From the NCBI RefSeq assembly GCF_027921745.1, contig NC_079238.1, positions 3,162,001-3,226,000 on the forward strand: DNA of 64,000 nucleotides, in the 5' to 3' direction. This DNA comes from Schizosaccharomyces osmophilus (taxonomy: Eukaryota). Position numbers and translations under genes: made by a program. The notes beneath the pieces are model-generated. The model saw nothing but the letters and a program-made list of their open reading frames with translations, was not told the origin of the DNA and did not search any database. This document shows, piece by piece, positions 32,549-44,856 of this stretch; the first letter of the stretch is position 1; each line of letters begins with the position of its first letter.

Positions 32549-32893
32549 AATATTTTGTATCGTCTCTAGTTGTGTAGGAAAATAGCCCTTTAGTGGGCAA
32601 TAATAAGTTCAACCATACGCTTGAAAAAATTTTCTTTAAGAAAGGAATTACTTTCAAAAATTGTTATTACTGTATTCAACAAATTTAATTCTATGTGTAA
32701 GAAGTGTTATACAGTTCGTCCTCGAAATTCATCACAATAGTTGCAGCTAAAATATTTCGCCCAGCGCCAACACGTCGAAAGCGGTAAATACGGTATAATT
32801 TTACAAAATAAGCTTAATCCGCTACTTTCAATCTGAAAAAATAAATTGAGGAAGAATTAAAGACTATTCGTTCTAAAATCAAAGGCTAAGGAT

Positions 32894-35458
32894 ATGAAAA
32901 CCGAATTCGGGTTTTCGAATTTAATAGGGACAGTGTTCAACCAGGGTAATCTTCTTTTCACACCTGATGGTTATTCTGTTTTAAGTCCAGTAGGAAATCG
33001 CATCACTGCTTACAACTTGAAGGAAAATAAGTCGTTCACCTTCCCTTTTGAAAATAAAAAGAATATATCAAGAATCGCTTTATCCCCTCAGGCTACATTA
33101 TTATTGTCTGTTGACGAAGACGGTAGATGTATTCTTTGTAATTTTTTGAGAAGATCTGTTTTACATCATTTTAATTTCAAATCACCTGTTGGTGCCATTG
33201 AGTTTGCTCCTCATGGCAAATACTTTGCTGTGGCTTTGGGTAAACTTATTCAAGTCTGGCGAACACCAGAAGCTATAGACGAGCGTGAATTTGCTCCTTT
33301 CGTTTTGCATCGCGAATACACTGGTCATTTTGATGATGTTGTTTCAATTTCATGGTCTGCTGATTCCCGTTTCTTCCTAAGCACTTCAAAAGATTTAACG
33401 GTTCGCATACATTCTGTAGATCCTATCGAAGGCTTTCGTCCTTGTGCTTTGACGGGACACAAGAGTACTGTCGTTTCTGCTTTTTTTTCTCAAGACCAGC
33501 AAACAATATATTCTGTTAGCAAAGATGGTGCTTTGTTTTCTTGGAAATACTCACCTTTGTTTCAAGCAGGCGAAATAATAGATGAAGAGGCAGAGGAAAA
33601 TAAAGATCGTACACATATTTGGATGATTAAGGAACGCAACTATTTTTTTCAGAATGCCAATCTTCGTTCGGCTGCTTTCCATCCCACTACAAATTTGTTG
33701 GTGGTTGGATTTTCGAATGGCCTCTTTGGTATCTATGAACTACCTATGTTCACAATGCTCTATCAACTGAGTATCACTCAATCGAACATTGATACTCTTA
33801 CAATAAATAAAACTGGTGAGTGGATTGCGTTAGGTTCCAGCAAGTTAGGCCAGTTGCTCATTTGGGAATGGCAGTCAGAGTCTTATGTACTGAAGCAATC
33901 TTCACACTATGATTCGTTGAGCACATTGGTGTATACTCCAGATGGACAAAGAGTTGTTTCAGGAGCCGATGATGGTAAAATAAAGCTTTGGGACATCACT
34001 TCGGGATTCTGTGTAGTTACTTTTACCCAACATACTTCGTCGGTTACTGGATTATGTTTTGCTAAGAGGGGAAACGTGCTTTTTAGCAGTTGTCTTGACG
34101 GATCTGTAAGGGCATGGGATCTTATAAGATATCGTAACTTTAGAACTTTTACCGCTCCTAATCGCGTCCAATTTTCTTGCGTTGCCGTTGATCCTTCTGG
34201 TGAGATCGTTTGCGCCGGATCTCAAGATAGCTTTGAAATATTTATGTGGTCCGTTCAAACTGGTCAATTATTGGAAAGATTGGCTGGGCATGAAGGTCCT
34301 GTTTCGTCCCTTTCTTTTAACTCTTCTGGTAGCCTTCTAGCCAGCGGTAGTTGGGATAAAACTGTCCGTATATGGGACATCTTTAGTCGTAGCGGTATAG
34401 TCGAGCCTCTCCCTGTTCCATCCGACGTTTTGGCGCTCTCTTTCCGCCCAGATGGAAAAGAGCTTTCGGTAGCTACTCTTGATGGTCAGTTGTCATTCTG
34501 GGACGTACAAGAAGCTAAGCAAACTTCTTTGATTGATGGCCGAAAAGACTTATCTGGTGGAAGAAAATCAACTGATGCACAAACTGCTGAGAACGCCTCA
34601 GGAAACAAAACTTTTACCTCTGTATGCTATTCTGCAGATGGTTCTTGCGTTTTAACGGCCGGTACTAGTAAATATGTTTGTCTGTATGATATTTTAACTG
34701 GGGTTCTGATTAAAAAGTTTCAATTGTCGAAAAATGAATCTCTACAGGGTGTGCTTGAAGTTTTAAATAGTCGAAATATGACTGATGCTGGCTCTATAGA
34801 CTTAATTGATACTCAGGGCGAAGCTTCTGATTTGGAGGACCGTATAGATAGGACATTACCTGGTGCTGCTAAAGGTGATTTGTCGTCTCGTAAATTGCGT
34901 CCTGAAATTCTATGTCAGGAAGTGCAATTTTCTCCAAGCGGTGGAGCTTTTGCAGCTGCAACAACTGAAGGACTAATGATATTTTCCTTAATTAACGACT
35001 TCATTTTTGATCCTATCAATTTAGATATTGACATCACTCCTGAAACAACCTTGGCCGTTTGTGCTGAGGGCGAATATTTAATTGCACTCGTGATGGCACT
35101 TCGTCTAAATGAGTACAAAGTCATTGAAAGAGTTTATGAGTCGGTCCCTGTAGCTGACATTGATCATATTACCCAACAACTTCCAACTACTTACCTTGCG
35201 AATTTTATTAATTATTTGAGTTCATTTGCTGCTGAAACTCCTCATATTGAGTTTCATTTAAGATGGATGCGTTCGATACTGTCTCATCATGGAGAATTTA
35301 TTAAGAGGAGAAACTTTGAGTATGCGAGTCAACTTACTAGTTTACAAAAGTCTATTGTCGTTCTTAGTAAGCGTCTCTCTCAGCTTGCATCCAATAATGA
35401 GTTTTCGCTTTCCTTTATTTTGGACAAAATGCAAACAGAATCAGTCATAAATGCTTAA
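32894..35458 (+). CDS. pwp2: U3 snoRNP/UTP-B subunit Pwp2 (Utp1), 854 aa
   Basis: MKTEFGFSNLIGTVF start, GQLLIWEWQSESYVLKQ, WDLIRYRNFRTF. Confidence 0.96.
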   Translation: MKTEFGFSNLIGTVFNQGNLLFTPDGYSVLSPVGNRITAYNLKENKSFTFPFENKKNISRIALSPQATLLLSVDEDGRCILCNFLRRSVLHHFNFKSPVGAIEFAPHGKYFAVALGKLIQVWRTPEAIDEREFAPFVLHREYTGHFDDVVSISWSADSRFFLSTSKDLTVRIHSVDPIEGFRPCALTGHKSTVVSAFFSQDQQTIYSVSKDGALFSWKYSPLFQAGEIIDEEAEENKDRTHIWMIKERNYFFQNANLRSAAFHPTTNLLVVGFSNGLFGIYELPMFTMLYQLSITQSNIDTLTINKTGEWIALGSSKLGQLLIWEWQSESYVLKQSSHYDSLSTLVYTPDGQRVVSGADDGKIKLWDITSGFCVVTFTQHTSSVTGLCFAKRGNVLFSSCLDGSVRAWDLIRYRNFRTFTAPNRVQFSCVAVDPSGEIVCAGSQDSFEIFMWSVQTGQLLERLAGHEGPVSSLSFNSSGSLLASGSWDKTVRIWDIFSRSGIVEPLPVPSDVLALSFRPDGKELSVATLDGQLSFWDVQEAKQTSLIDGRKDLSGGRKSTDAQTAENASGNKTFTSVCYSADGSCVLTAGTSKYVCLYDILTGVLIKKFQLSKNESLQGVLEVLNSRNMTDAGSIDLIDTQGEASDLEDRIDRTLPGAAKGDLSSRKLRPEILCQEVQFSPSGGAFAAATTEGLMIFSLINDFIFDPINLDIDITPETTLAVCAEGEYLIALVMALRLNEYKVIERVYESVPVADIDHITQQLPTTYLANFINYLSSFAAETPHIEFHLRWMRSILSHHGEFIKRRNFEYASQLTSLQKSIVVLSKRLSQLASNNEFSLSFILDKMQTESVINA

Positions 35459-35635
35459 ATTATCATTAGGTAGCTGTTAATTTTGGGGATAAGGATAAGT
35501 TTTTTAGGTTTTATAGTTACATTATTTAGAAAATAGGTAAATAGGGTGGTAATATATGATTATAAAAATGTGTTGTATGTGTCTGTCTAAATACTTGATT
35601 TTGTAAGGGTTGATTTTTTATGGTTTCTCGACGCT

Positions 35636-37275
35636 TTAAACGTATTTATAGGCTAAAACATGTTAGTAAACAGAGGAATTTAAAGGTAAATATACTTACG
35701 TAGCATAATTCCATTAGGATCAAAGACATTTTTCAAAATCTTCATTAATGAAATCATTTCGGGGGATTTTGAGTAACCAATGTATGGCTTTTTCAAAAGA
35801 CCTAGGCCATGCTCTGCTGAGATTGAGCCGCGATGAGAAGCGACCCATTCAAATACCCAAGGCTGAAGAGCTTTTTCGACACGTTTGTCATATTTTCGAA
35901 CAGCAATGTTTAAGTGCAAGTTTCCGTCACCCATGTGACCAAAACCTACAACATCAATGACGGGATGATCAGAAGACTCACCAAGTAACTTTAAGTCAGT
36001 CAATCTTTGCTTGGTGTCGTTTACCAAGTCGTATAATACTTTTAAAGGTAAAGAAACGTCATATTTGTAAACACCAGAACCAGCTTTAGCCAGACATTCA
36101 GTAATGCCCTCTCGACGTTCCCAAAGCACGCGTAATTGACTTTCATCTTGAGCTATTACACCGTCAGTAATTACTTCATCCTCGATCAAATGTTCAATTA
36201 ACGCATTCAACTTTTGCTCATCATGTTCTTTGTTGGAACCCTGAGTTTCAAGTAAAACGTAAAAGGGGTGTTCATCTTCGAGTGGGCGTTGAGTAGAGCT
36301 GTGAGCATCCACAAGACGTTGGGAGGTATTATCCATCAATTCAAAAGCAGAAAGGATCTCTGTAAGATAGGCCTTTGATTCGGAGAATGCTTTGAGGACA
36401 TTTTCGTAAGAAGATACTCCAAAGAATGCAACGTTGGTTGAACGAGGTCTACGAGGGCATATAACAGTTAGACGAGTGATGATACCTAAATAACCTTCAC
36501 TTCCAATGAAAAGCTGCTTGAGATCCAAACCAGTGTTGTCCTTGCGTAAGGTAACCATGTTGTCAAGAATGGTACCGTCAGGTAAGACGGCCTCGATTCC
36601 GAGGATCGTTCCACGAAGACTACCATATCGAAGCAAACGAAGGCCGCCGGCTGCAGTAGCAGCACAGCCACCAACTTGACAGCTTCCCTTAGCACCGAGG
36701 TCTAGAGGAAACATGTGATCTTTTTCAGCCAAGAAGGAGTCTGCATTTTCCAAAATAACACCAGCATCTAAACTGAGAACACCAGAAAGTTCGTCAAAAG
36801 AATGGATTTTGTTCATAAGACCTAAATTTAAAACAATTTCATCAAAAACAGGGATAGAGCCACCGACTAAACCAGTGTTTCCACCCTGGGGAACGACAGC
36901 AAGTTTTCGAGAATTGCAGTACTTAAGAATTTGACTTACTTGTTGCGTTGTTTTTGGTTTGATGGCCACTTCGGTTTTCCCGCGATACTTGTGAGTCCAA
37001 TCGGTGTTGAAAGCGTCTAAATCGGAAGGGTCGGTAGATTGATCAAGACCATTGACAATGGATCCTCCTTCGGTTTTGAGTATACTTTTTAAGAAATCGA
37101 CGTCTGCTTGATTTAAAGTAGCGTAACGGGAATCCCGCTGAAGAGAAGGATAAGAGTCAGCAGTAAAGGATGGTTTGTGAGCAAATCGTAACGAGCAAAA
37201 TTTGGTGGATGCATTTGCGTTAACAGCCGCAAATCTTCCCACCTGGGTGAAGACTTCCTTACGAAGAAATAGCAT
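35636..37275 (-). CDS. dld2: Mitochondrial D-2-hydroxyglutarate/D-lactate dehydrogenase (Dld2-like FAD oxidoreductase), 530 aa, 2 exons
   Basis: VPQGGNTGLVGGS, GHMGDGNLHLN, GSISAEHGLG; ATG at 37275; intron 35653-35699 gives the C-terminus GIMLPYKYV. Confidence 0.9.
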
Positions 37276-38304
37276 ATTTCCTTTTCTTTTTGGACTACAG
37301 AGAAAAGAAATGACAGTCGATAGCAATCAACAAAAAAAAAATAAAAAACCGAAAATTGGCAATTGTCAATTTTTAAGAAAAAAGAAAAGATGGCTGAAAA
37401 CAGGCACTATCCTTCGTTTCCAATATTCCGTCAGGAACCAAGGTGTATGAATATGGTAAACAAAAGAGCTACTTTGTAAATCAACCTTTCCAAATTTTTT
37501 TCCTTAGGAAAACGATCTTTTCCACCTTTAGTTGTTTACCTAAATACACAATTGGAATACGTGTCAAACACAGCAATTGAAAAATTTACCTACCAGGAAC
37601 TTTTGGTGTTTAGAGATGAAATGTTTTAGGCTGGAGATACAGCAATACAAGGCAACAAGCTTATTTTTTGTAGCGACGGAGCTTATTTCTCATTATTTTG
37701 AGAAATATCAGTCTCTACGTATATACAAAATCTTTGGTTTTTGACTGGCAATTGTACGTTCAATGGTACAGAAAGATATTTATAAAAACAAATTTACTAT
37801 ATATTCTCTTCCTTTAAAACTTCCTGGTAAGGATTTCATTGATCGCGCGCAAGTCCTGAATCTACGAAAAAAACCATATTTCGAACGTGTTTCCGTAAAA
37901 ATTAAGATTCTTCTACTCACAGATTTGAAAGCATATGAAAATGCTTTTGGTCTTCCATGGCTATTCACTTTGTTTTATTTTTTATATTTTTTTAAAATAT
38001 TTTCTTGGTCGTAAATATTTACATTGCTAATTTGGGGATCCACAGTCCCCCCGTGTTTCTTATAATAACCGTTGACGTAAATTTATGTGGTGGAAACGAG
38101 GACTTTTAACGAGTAAAGACGCAAGTGCATAGAACATACATCTTATACCCTGTACTAAAAACAAGTTCATTTTAACCTAGTTAGTGCATACGTTGATTTC
38201 CTCGAATTTTTATATCGTTTCACTAAGTAAATTCGAGTGTTTTCCGCTTCTGTTCCTAACATTCTTTCTGTTTGCTAAAGACAGTATCTTTTTAGACGTA
38301 CAGA

Positions 38305-41300
38305 ATGGTATGTAGTTGCAGTTTATGGCTAGCTGCCATTTCAGATTAACCGCGTTACTAATCCTTTAGGCAATGTCAAACATTGACGCCGATGAAGTCA
38401 ATCTAGACAGCAGCATGGAGCTCGATGAAAACTCTCAAGAACCTCTGCGTGCGGATAACTGTAAGTGCTGATGGAAAGGTGACTAAAAAATATAGAATTT
38501 GTGTTTTAAATGCAACTGGCTAATTCATTTTCCTTCTAGTTGAAGAAATTTACAACTCTCTTGTACAAGATGAACCCGATTTGGAAGAGGAGACCCATGC
38601 CTCTTATGCTTGGGTTGTGAAGGACTTCAGTAAACTTGTGGAAAAAACATATAGCCCTGTGTTCACGGCAGATGGTAGTGCGTGGCGTTTGGTATTGTTT
38701 CCCAAAGGCTGTAATCAAACTGAATATGCGTCTGTGTTTTTGGAATACTTGCCTCAATGCAAGGTCGATGCGATTAAGCAAGAAGAAGAAGAAATTGCCG
38801 AGGGAAAAGAAGTCACTATTGATTCAGAAATTGTAACTGACGAGACATACTCATGTTGCGCGCAGTTCGCCCTCTCCTTGTCCAATGTACGAAACCCCGG
38901 GGTAATGCAAATTAATACCTCTCATCATCGTTTTCGTTCGGAAGTAAAGGACTGGGGATTTACTCGTTTTGCTGATCTTCGTAAAATAGGGGTCCCTAAT
39001 TCTGATTTCTCAGTTCCTTTCCTTGAGGATGACCAGATTTGTATTTCAGTAACTGTTCGTGTCTTAAAAGATCCGACTGGTGTCCTTTGGCATTCCTTTG
39101 TTAATTACAACTCTAAAAAAGAAACTGGCTTTGTCGGTTTAAACAATCAAGGTGCCACTTGCTATATGAACTCTCTTCTTCAATCCTTATATTTTACAAA
39201 CGTTTTCCGGAAAGCTGTTTACAAAATTCCTACCGACAACGATGACGCAAAAGGTAGTGTCGCTTATGCCCTTCAGCGTGTTTTCTACAATTTAGAAAAA
39301 CAAAAAGAAGCCGTTAGCACCAATGAACTTACCCGGTCGTTTGGCTGGAATTCATTTGATTCCTTTATGCAACACGATGTGCAAGAATTTAATCGAGTGT
39401 TACAGGATAACCTTGAAAAGAAAATGAAAGGTACTGATGTCGAAAATGCGTTAAATGACATTTTTGTTGGAAAAATGAAAAGTTACGTGAAATGCATTGA
39501 TGTCAATTACGAATCATCTCGTGTTGAAGATTTTTGGGATATTCAACTCAACGTCAAGGGAATGGCTACTTTGGAGGATTCTTTTCGCGATGCTATTCAA
39601 GTTGAAACTTTGACTGGGGATAACAAATATTATGCCGAAGGCCATGGTTTACAAGACGCACATAAGGGAGTCGTATTTGAGTCATTTCCTAATGTTTTAC
39701 AGTTGCAACTGAAGCGCTTTGATTACGATATGCTACGAGATATGATGGTTAAAATAAATGATAGGCATGAATTTCCTTTGGAAATCGATTTAGAGCCTTA
39801 TCTTTCGGACACTGCGGATAAATCTGAATCCCATGTTTATTCTCTGCACGGCGTCCTCGTTCACGGTGGCGATCTTCATGGTGGTCATTATTACGCTTTA
39901 ATTAAACCTGAAAAGGACAGTGGATGGTTAAAATTTGATGATGATCGAGTAACTCGTGCAACCTTAAAAGAAGTACAGGATGATAACTTTGGGGGTGAGT
40001 CTTTAAATAAGCCTAAAGGCTATGTTGGAAATCCATTTAAGCGTTTTATGAATGCATATATGCTGGTTTACTTTCGTAAGAGCCGCCTTGATAAAATTCT
40101 TTCTCCCGTTACTTCTGAAGATGTGCCTTATCACGTAAGGGCGTCGTTAGATGAAGAGCACAGAATTATGGAAAAAAAGCTCCAAGAACGCGAAGAACAG
40201 TATTATTATCGTAAGGTTCGCCTCTTGACTATAGATGGATTCCGAAATCACCATGACTATGACATGGCTGACTTTTCTAAAGCCACCAAAGAGAATGATC
40301 ATAAATTGATGACAACGAGAGTAAAAAGGAATGCCACGATTTTGGATCTTTATAACCACGTCGCTTCTACGTTGAAGCGTGACTCGACCTCAATTCGCTT
40401 ATGGATGATGACCAATCGCCAAAACAGGACAGTGAGAGTGGATCTACTTCTCGACAAAAAGGGATTGCTGGTCGACCAAATCTGTGATATGCACATTCGT
40501 AAAGACGCTGATTTGCGTATTTACGCTGAATATATCGATGAGAAACAAGAATCATCTTCCACAGTTGCCGATGAAGCATTTGCTTTTATCTTTTTGAAGT
40601 ACTTTGATTATCGAGAGCAAAGCATATCCGGTGTCTTAAGTTTGCACGTTGAAAGGGAAACTCCCATATCTGATCTTTCAGATATCGTTTGTAAGAGCAT
40701 GCATTGGCCCGAAGGTACTACAATCACATATTATGAAGAAATTAAAACTGGAATGGTGGATGTACTAGATACAAATTCTAGTTTCCTGAAGTCTGAAATT
40801 CAAGATGGTGATATAATCTGCTTTGAGAAGAATGCGAAACCATCAGAACTTACTCACCAACAATTCAGTAGTGCTTTGGATTTATATGATTTCTTGGCCC
40901 ATCGTTTAACTGTTACTTTCGAGCCTCGTAATGGAGAAGACTTTGATGGAACTTTTGATTTAGAGTTAACAACACATACCACCTACAATGAAATGGCTCA
41001 AGCAGTGGGTAAAGTACTCGGCACTGACGCTGGCTATTTGCAGTTTACATTGGCTCATCTACCTTCAAGGACACCCAGAACGGTAATTCGTAACCCTTCC
41101 AAATTTACTTTACAGAATGCAACCCCTTATACTTATGCTAATGACCAACATATTTTGATGTTTTATGAAGCATTGGATCTTAGCCTTAGTGAACTTGAAC
41201 ATAAGCAATTAGTTCAAGCTTACTTTATTTCTGATGGGATGACCAAAACGACCAAGTACGAATTTTACGTAAATAAAGACGGGTCTATTAAAGATATCCT

Positions 41301-41814
41301 TCAACAGGTTGCTGTAAAGGCGGGACTTGGAACTGAAAAGTCGAAAGACTTACGCCTATACGAAGTCTACAATCATAGAATCCTTAAAGCACATAATCCG
41401 TCGGATAGTCTTTTCGATTTAAACGAATTTGCAACAATTTACGTTGAAGCTGCCTCTGATGAAGAGGAGCTAGAACTTTCTGAGCAAAACGGAATTTCTA
41501 TAATTGTTCAACATTTCAACCGAGACTTATCTCGTCTCCACGGAATTCCTTTCTATTTTACCCTACTTCCCGATGAAGATTTAAGTAGCTTGAAAAAGCG
41601 TCTTCAGAAACGATTGGGTTTCAAGGATGCTCAATTTGCAAAGGTTAAACTTGCTGTATTGCAAGCTCAATCTTTAGGAAAACCGTACTATCTAACTGAC
41701 GATAGCGAGGTGCTTTATGGAGAATTTGAACCTGAATCCCATATACTCGGATTGGATCACCCTGCTCCAAGCTCCGCTGGTCACGGCATGGATCAAGCTA
41801 TTCGCATGAAATAA
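38305..41814 (+). CDS. ubp15: USP7-family ubiquitin C-terminal hydrolase Ubp15 (Ubp21), 1122 aa, 3 coding exons
   Basis: MATH domain (DWGFTRF), Cys box GLNNQGATCYMNSLLQ, His box HGGHYYA; exons 38305-38307 (ATG only), 38370-38460 and 38540-41814. Confidence 0.92.
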
Positions 41815-42246
41815 GAATGATACCAATCTGTATAAAAGTTCGTTCACTGTTGCTCGTTTATAGAAATGAAAAGCGCATTTTGTTTAATGATATATACCTA
41901 GAATTTCTTTTCAGTGTTTTTATTCAATAACCATCCTGGATTCCGGAATTTTTAATAGCTTTAATCACGTATTTAACAATTCTTTTCTCTAAAACTAGGT
42001 TTGTAAATGAAACTATGATATCCTGTTTTGGCTTAAGCAATATAAGGAATGTAAAGAAAATAAAATTTTATTCTATACGAAAATATTGATTTTATTTAAT
42101 TTTTACACAATTGAATTAAGCTAAAGCTGTCAGACATCGAGTGCAGAATTTTTAAACAACGTTACTAGAAGCCTTAAACTGAAAGCACAGTCAGTTCGGC
42201 TATATATATCAAGTTTTCAAAAACCTGTGCTCTTAATCAACATTAC

Positions 42247-43510
42247 ATGGACAAAACTATGAATAGTACTACAAAAAAGAAGGTTGAAACAATTTTGTAT
42301 CGCTGCAAGGAACACGGTGATGTGCTAAATCATGAATTAGGAAAAGAAACAACATCCTTAGACGAATCTTTGAACCCTGAAAAATATGTGAATATTGCTA
42401 TTAACTGCATAAATCACTTCCGTCCAATAACTTCTCTAAAGTTTGCCAATTACGGATTATTAATTGCTAAGAAACAAAATGATAGAGAGCAAGCAAGTTA
42501 TTGTCATATACTTAGAGGGTAAGAATATTAAGCTTTTAGTAGATAGACACAATACTTACTTCTATATAGAAAAGCATACTGCATGATTGAACAATTTGAA
42601 TGCGCAACCTCTTGTTTTGAGTGGGCACTAGAAGATGCATCGTTATCGTCTGTCTGGAAAGCATGGATAAATACACTCCTTGTTGAACTTAGGTCTATTT
42701 CACAATACGGAATAAAAAGTTCTGAAAAGCTCCAGAAAGAACCGGAACCTGACGAGTACATAAATGGCGTCCTTATGAAGATGGACAGTCCTACTAATGA
42801 CTTTCAAAATAGTTCAAGTACGTTACTTGACTCAAGTTCTACAATGCAAAATAAGAACGTATCTTTGGCAGACAAAACACGTTTCGACTGGTCCCAAGCA
42901 TCTTCCACTTTAAGCCTGGACATCTATGCAAAGAACGTTAAGCCAGAAAATTTAAGTGTAACTATTAAAACCAATTGTGTACGTTGTTTAATAGTCTCAT
43001 ACATGACTAACCAAATTGAAATACTAGGTTTCTATACATGCGACTTTAATGGACAATTCGAGTTATGCACTAAATTTAGATCCACTTGCTCACGCTGTTG
43101 ATGTAAATGGTTCTTCATATCGTCTCTTCTCCACAAAAATCGAAGTTATATTGAAGAAGCAAATTCCAGACAGAAAATGGGAGAATCTCACAAAAACTGA
43201 CAACGATATCGACTTGAAGCATCCTCAGTTAACTAGCGGAACAACGTCGAAAATCAGTAGTAAGAAGAACTGGGATCATCTTTTAGATGAAGTCGACAAA
43301 GAAGAGGAAGAACCTACAGGTGATGCTGCATTGACAAAACTTTTTCAAGGATTATACCAAAACGCGGATGACGATACAAGGAGAGCTATGATGAAAAGCT
43401 ATAGTGAAAGTAACGGCACTTCCCTCTCTACTAACTGGAAAGATGTCGGTGGCCGTAAATTTGAAACAAGACCGCCTAAGGGAATGGAACCTAAAAAATA
43501 CAACGATTAA
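42247..43510 (+). CDS. git7: Hsp90 co-chaperone Sgt1 orthologue Git7, 387 aa, 3 exons
   Basis: CS domain (RFDWSQ...STKIEVILKK) and SGS domain (DDDTRRAMMKSYSESNGTSLSTNW); introns 42519-42569 and 42979-43027. Confidence 0.92.
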
Positions 43511-43827
43511 GGGAATGTAACTTGGTCATAAGGATCTATTGCATTAACAAAATTATAATAAAAGATGTACTGATGTTTAGGCCCTTGACTTTGGGACTTT
43601 CCAACAGTTCACTAACTTCGGGGAGAATCAATCGCCGTACGAGTGCAAGAAACTGTCAAGTATATGTATGTCAACATATGATTTATGAAATATAAGCAAC
43701 CATAAATGTTGCTATCTATCTTTCGTTAGAATATCTTTCAATCGTAAATTCATGCAAAGTAAAAATAAGAAAATCTAAAATCAATGATTCAATATTTCTG
43801 TAATGCCTTCTATACTCGTCAACCAGT

Positions 43828-44856
43828 TTATGGAAGTGAAGATTCAAGGTCATTATTCTCATGAGGAGCATGTGTCATAACAAAAGGATCTTGATGTTTA
43901 TCTTCGTCATCGTTTTCAAAAAAGAGTTCGCTGGATGATTCTGTTGAGGTAGATTTGTGCTCATCATTCTCAGTCGAATCGAAGCTGGAATTTTGCTTAT
44001 TACCTTCATTTGAGTCATTCACGGAAGAGAAGGAAAGTGTTCGTCTTCCAGGTATTGGAGCCAATGGACGTCCCTGTGGAGATTGTACTGCACCGTATGA
44101 AACCGACCTACGTGCTTCCAACGGTGGGCTCTGAGAATAACCATTCATAGATATTACAGAGTTTCTCTTTAGGAACCGTAAGCTGTCTGAAGTTGCTGCA
44201 TTACCAGGAGGAGTGACAAAATCTTGGTTATTTAGACCATAATCGCTGCTGCGTTTGTCATAATAGTAAGAGCTAGGTCCAGAGCCTATCATAGAGCTAC
44301 GAGAAACAGAACCCCACGGAGACGAATGCATTTGATAGCCTCCACGATAGCCCATTTTCTCATGTTCATTATTTTTTCGCATAGCTGCGAGTCGGCTTTT
44401 TTCTTCTTCAAATTGGGTTTCAAATTCCTGTTGCTCCGCCAAAAATCTCTTTCGTTTATAATGACGAAGGCAATAGAAAAAGAAAACAACAATAATTAAG
44501 GCGCCCAAAACACCGACGATTGGACCCGCTATTACAGCTGTAGAGGCATGCTTTGAAGATTTCGGTGAATTTCCTTTGGAATTGTTAGCCGAAGAGACGG
44601 CCGTAGAAGCAACTGGAATTGCGGTTCCAGTAGTATAGGCAGCGCCATCACTTGCTCTCGTGGAAACAACAGTAGAATAAAAGGCATGATCTCCAGAGGT
44701 AAAAGTATTTTTTTCTCCATCCGTATCACCAGGCTTAGCAGTTGAAGTGCTTGTTACAACATCACGGGCTCTTAATGGAACCGAGACAGTCGGGCTAGGT
44801 GTTAATAGGGGTTTAAGAGTATTATATTCAAGAGAAGAACCAGAGACGCTCATCAT
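43828..44856 (-). CDS. Single-pass membrane protein with Ser/Thr-rich N-terminus (SPBC36.11-like), 342 aa
   Basis: Long ORF; TM AVIAGPIVGVLGALIIVVFFFYCL followed by basic RHYKRKR, a short coiled coil and a Ser-rich tail. Confidence 0.85.
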   Translation of the reverse strand: MMSVSGSSLEYNTLKPLLTPSPTVSVPLRARDVVTSTSTAKPGDTDGEKNTFTSGDHAFYSTVVSTRASDGAAYTTGTAIPVASTAVSSANNSKGNSPKSSKHASTAVIAGPIVGVLGALIIVVFFFYCLRHYKRKRFLAEQQEFETQFEEEKSRLAAMRKNNEHEKMGYRGGYQMHSSPWGSVSRSSMIGSGPSSYYYDKRSSDYGLNNQDFVTPPGNAATSDSLRFLKRNSVISMNGYSQSPPLEARRSVSYGAVQSPQGRPLAPIPGRRTLSFSSVNDSNEGNKQNSSFDSTENDEHKSTSTESSSELFFENDDEDKHQDPFVMTHAPHENNDLESSLP

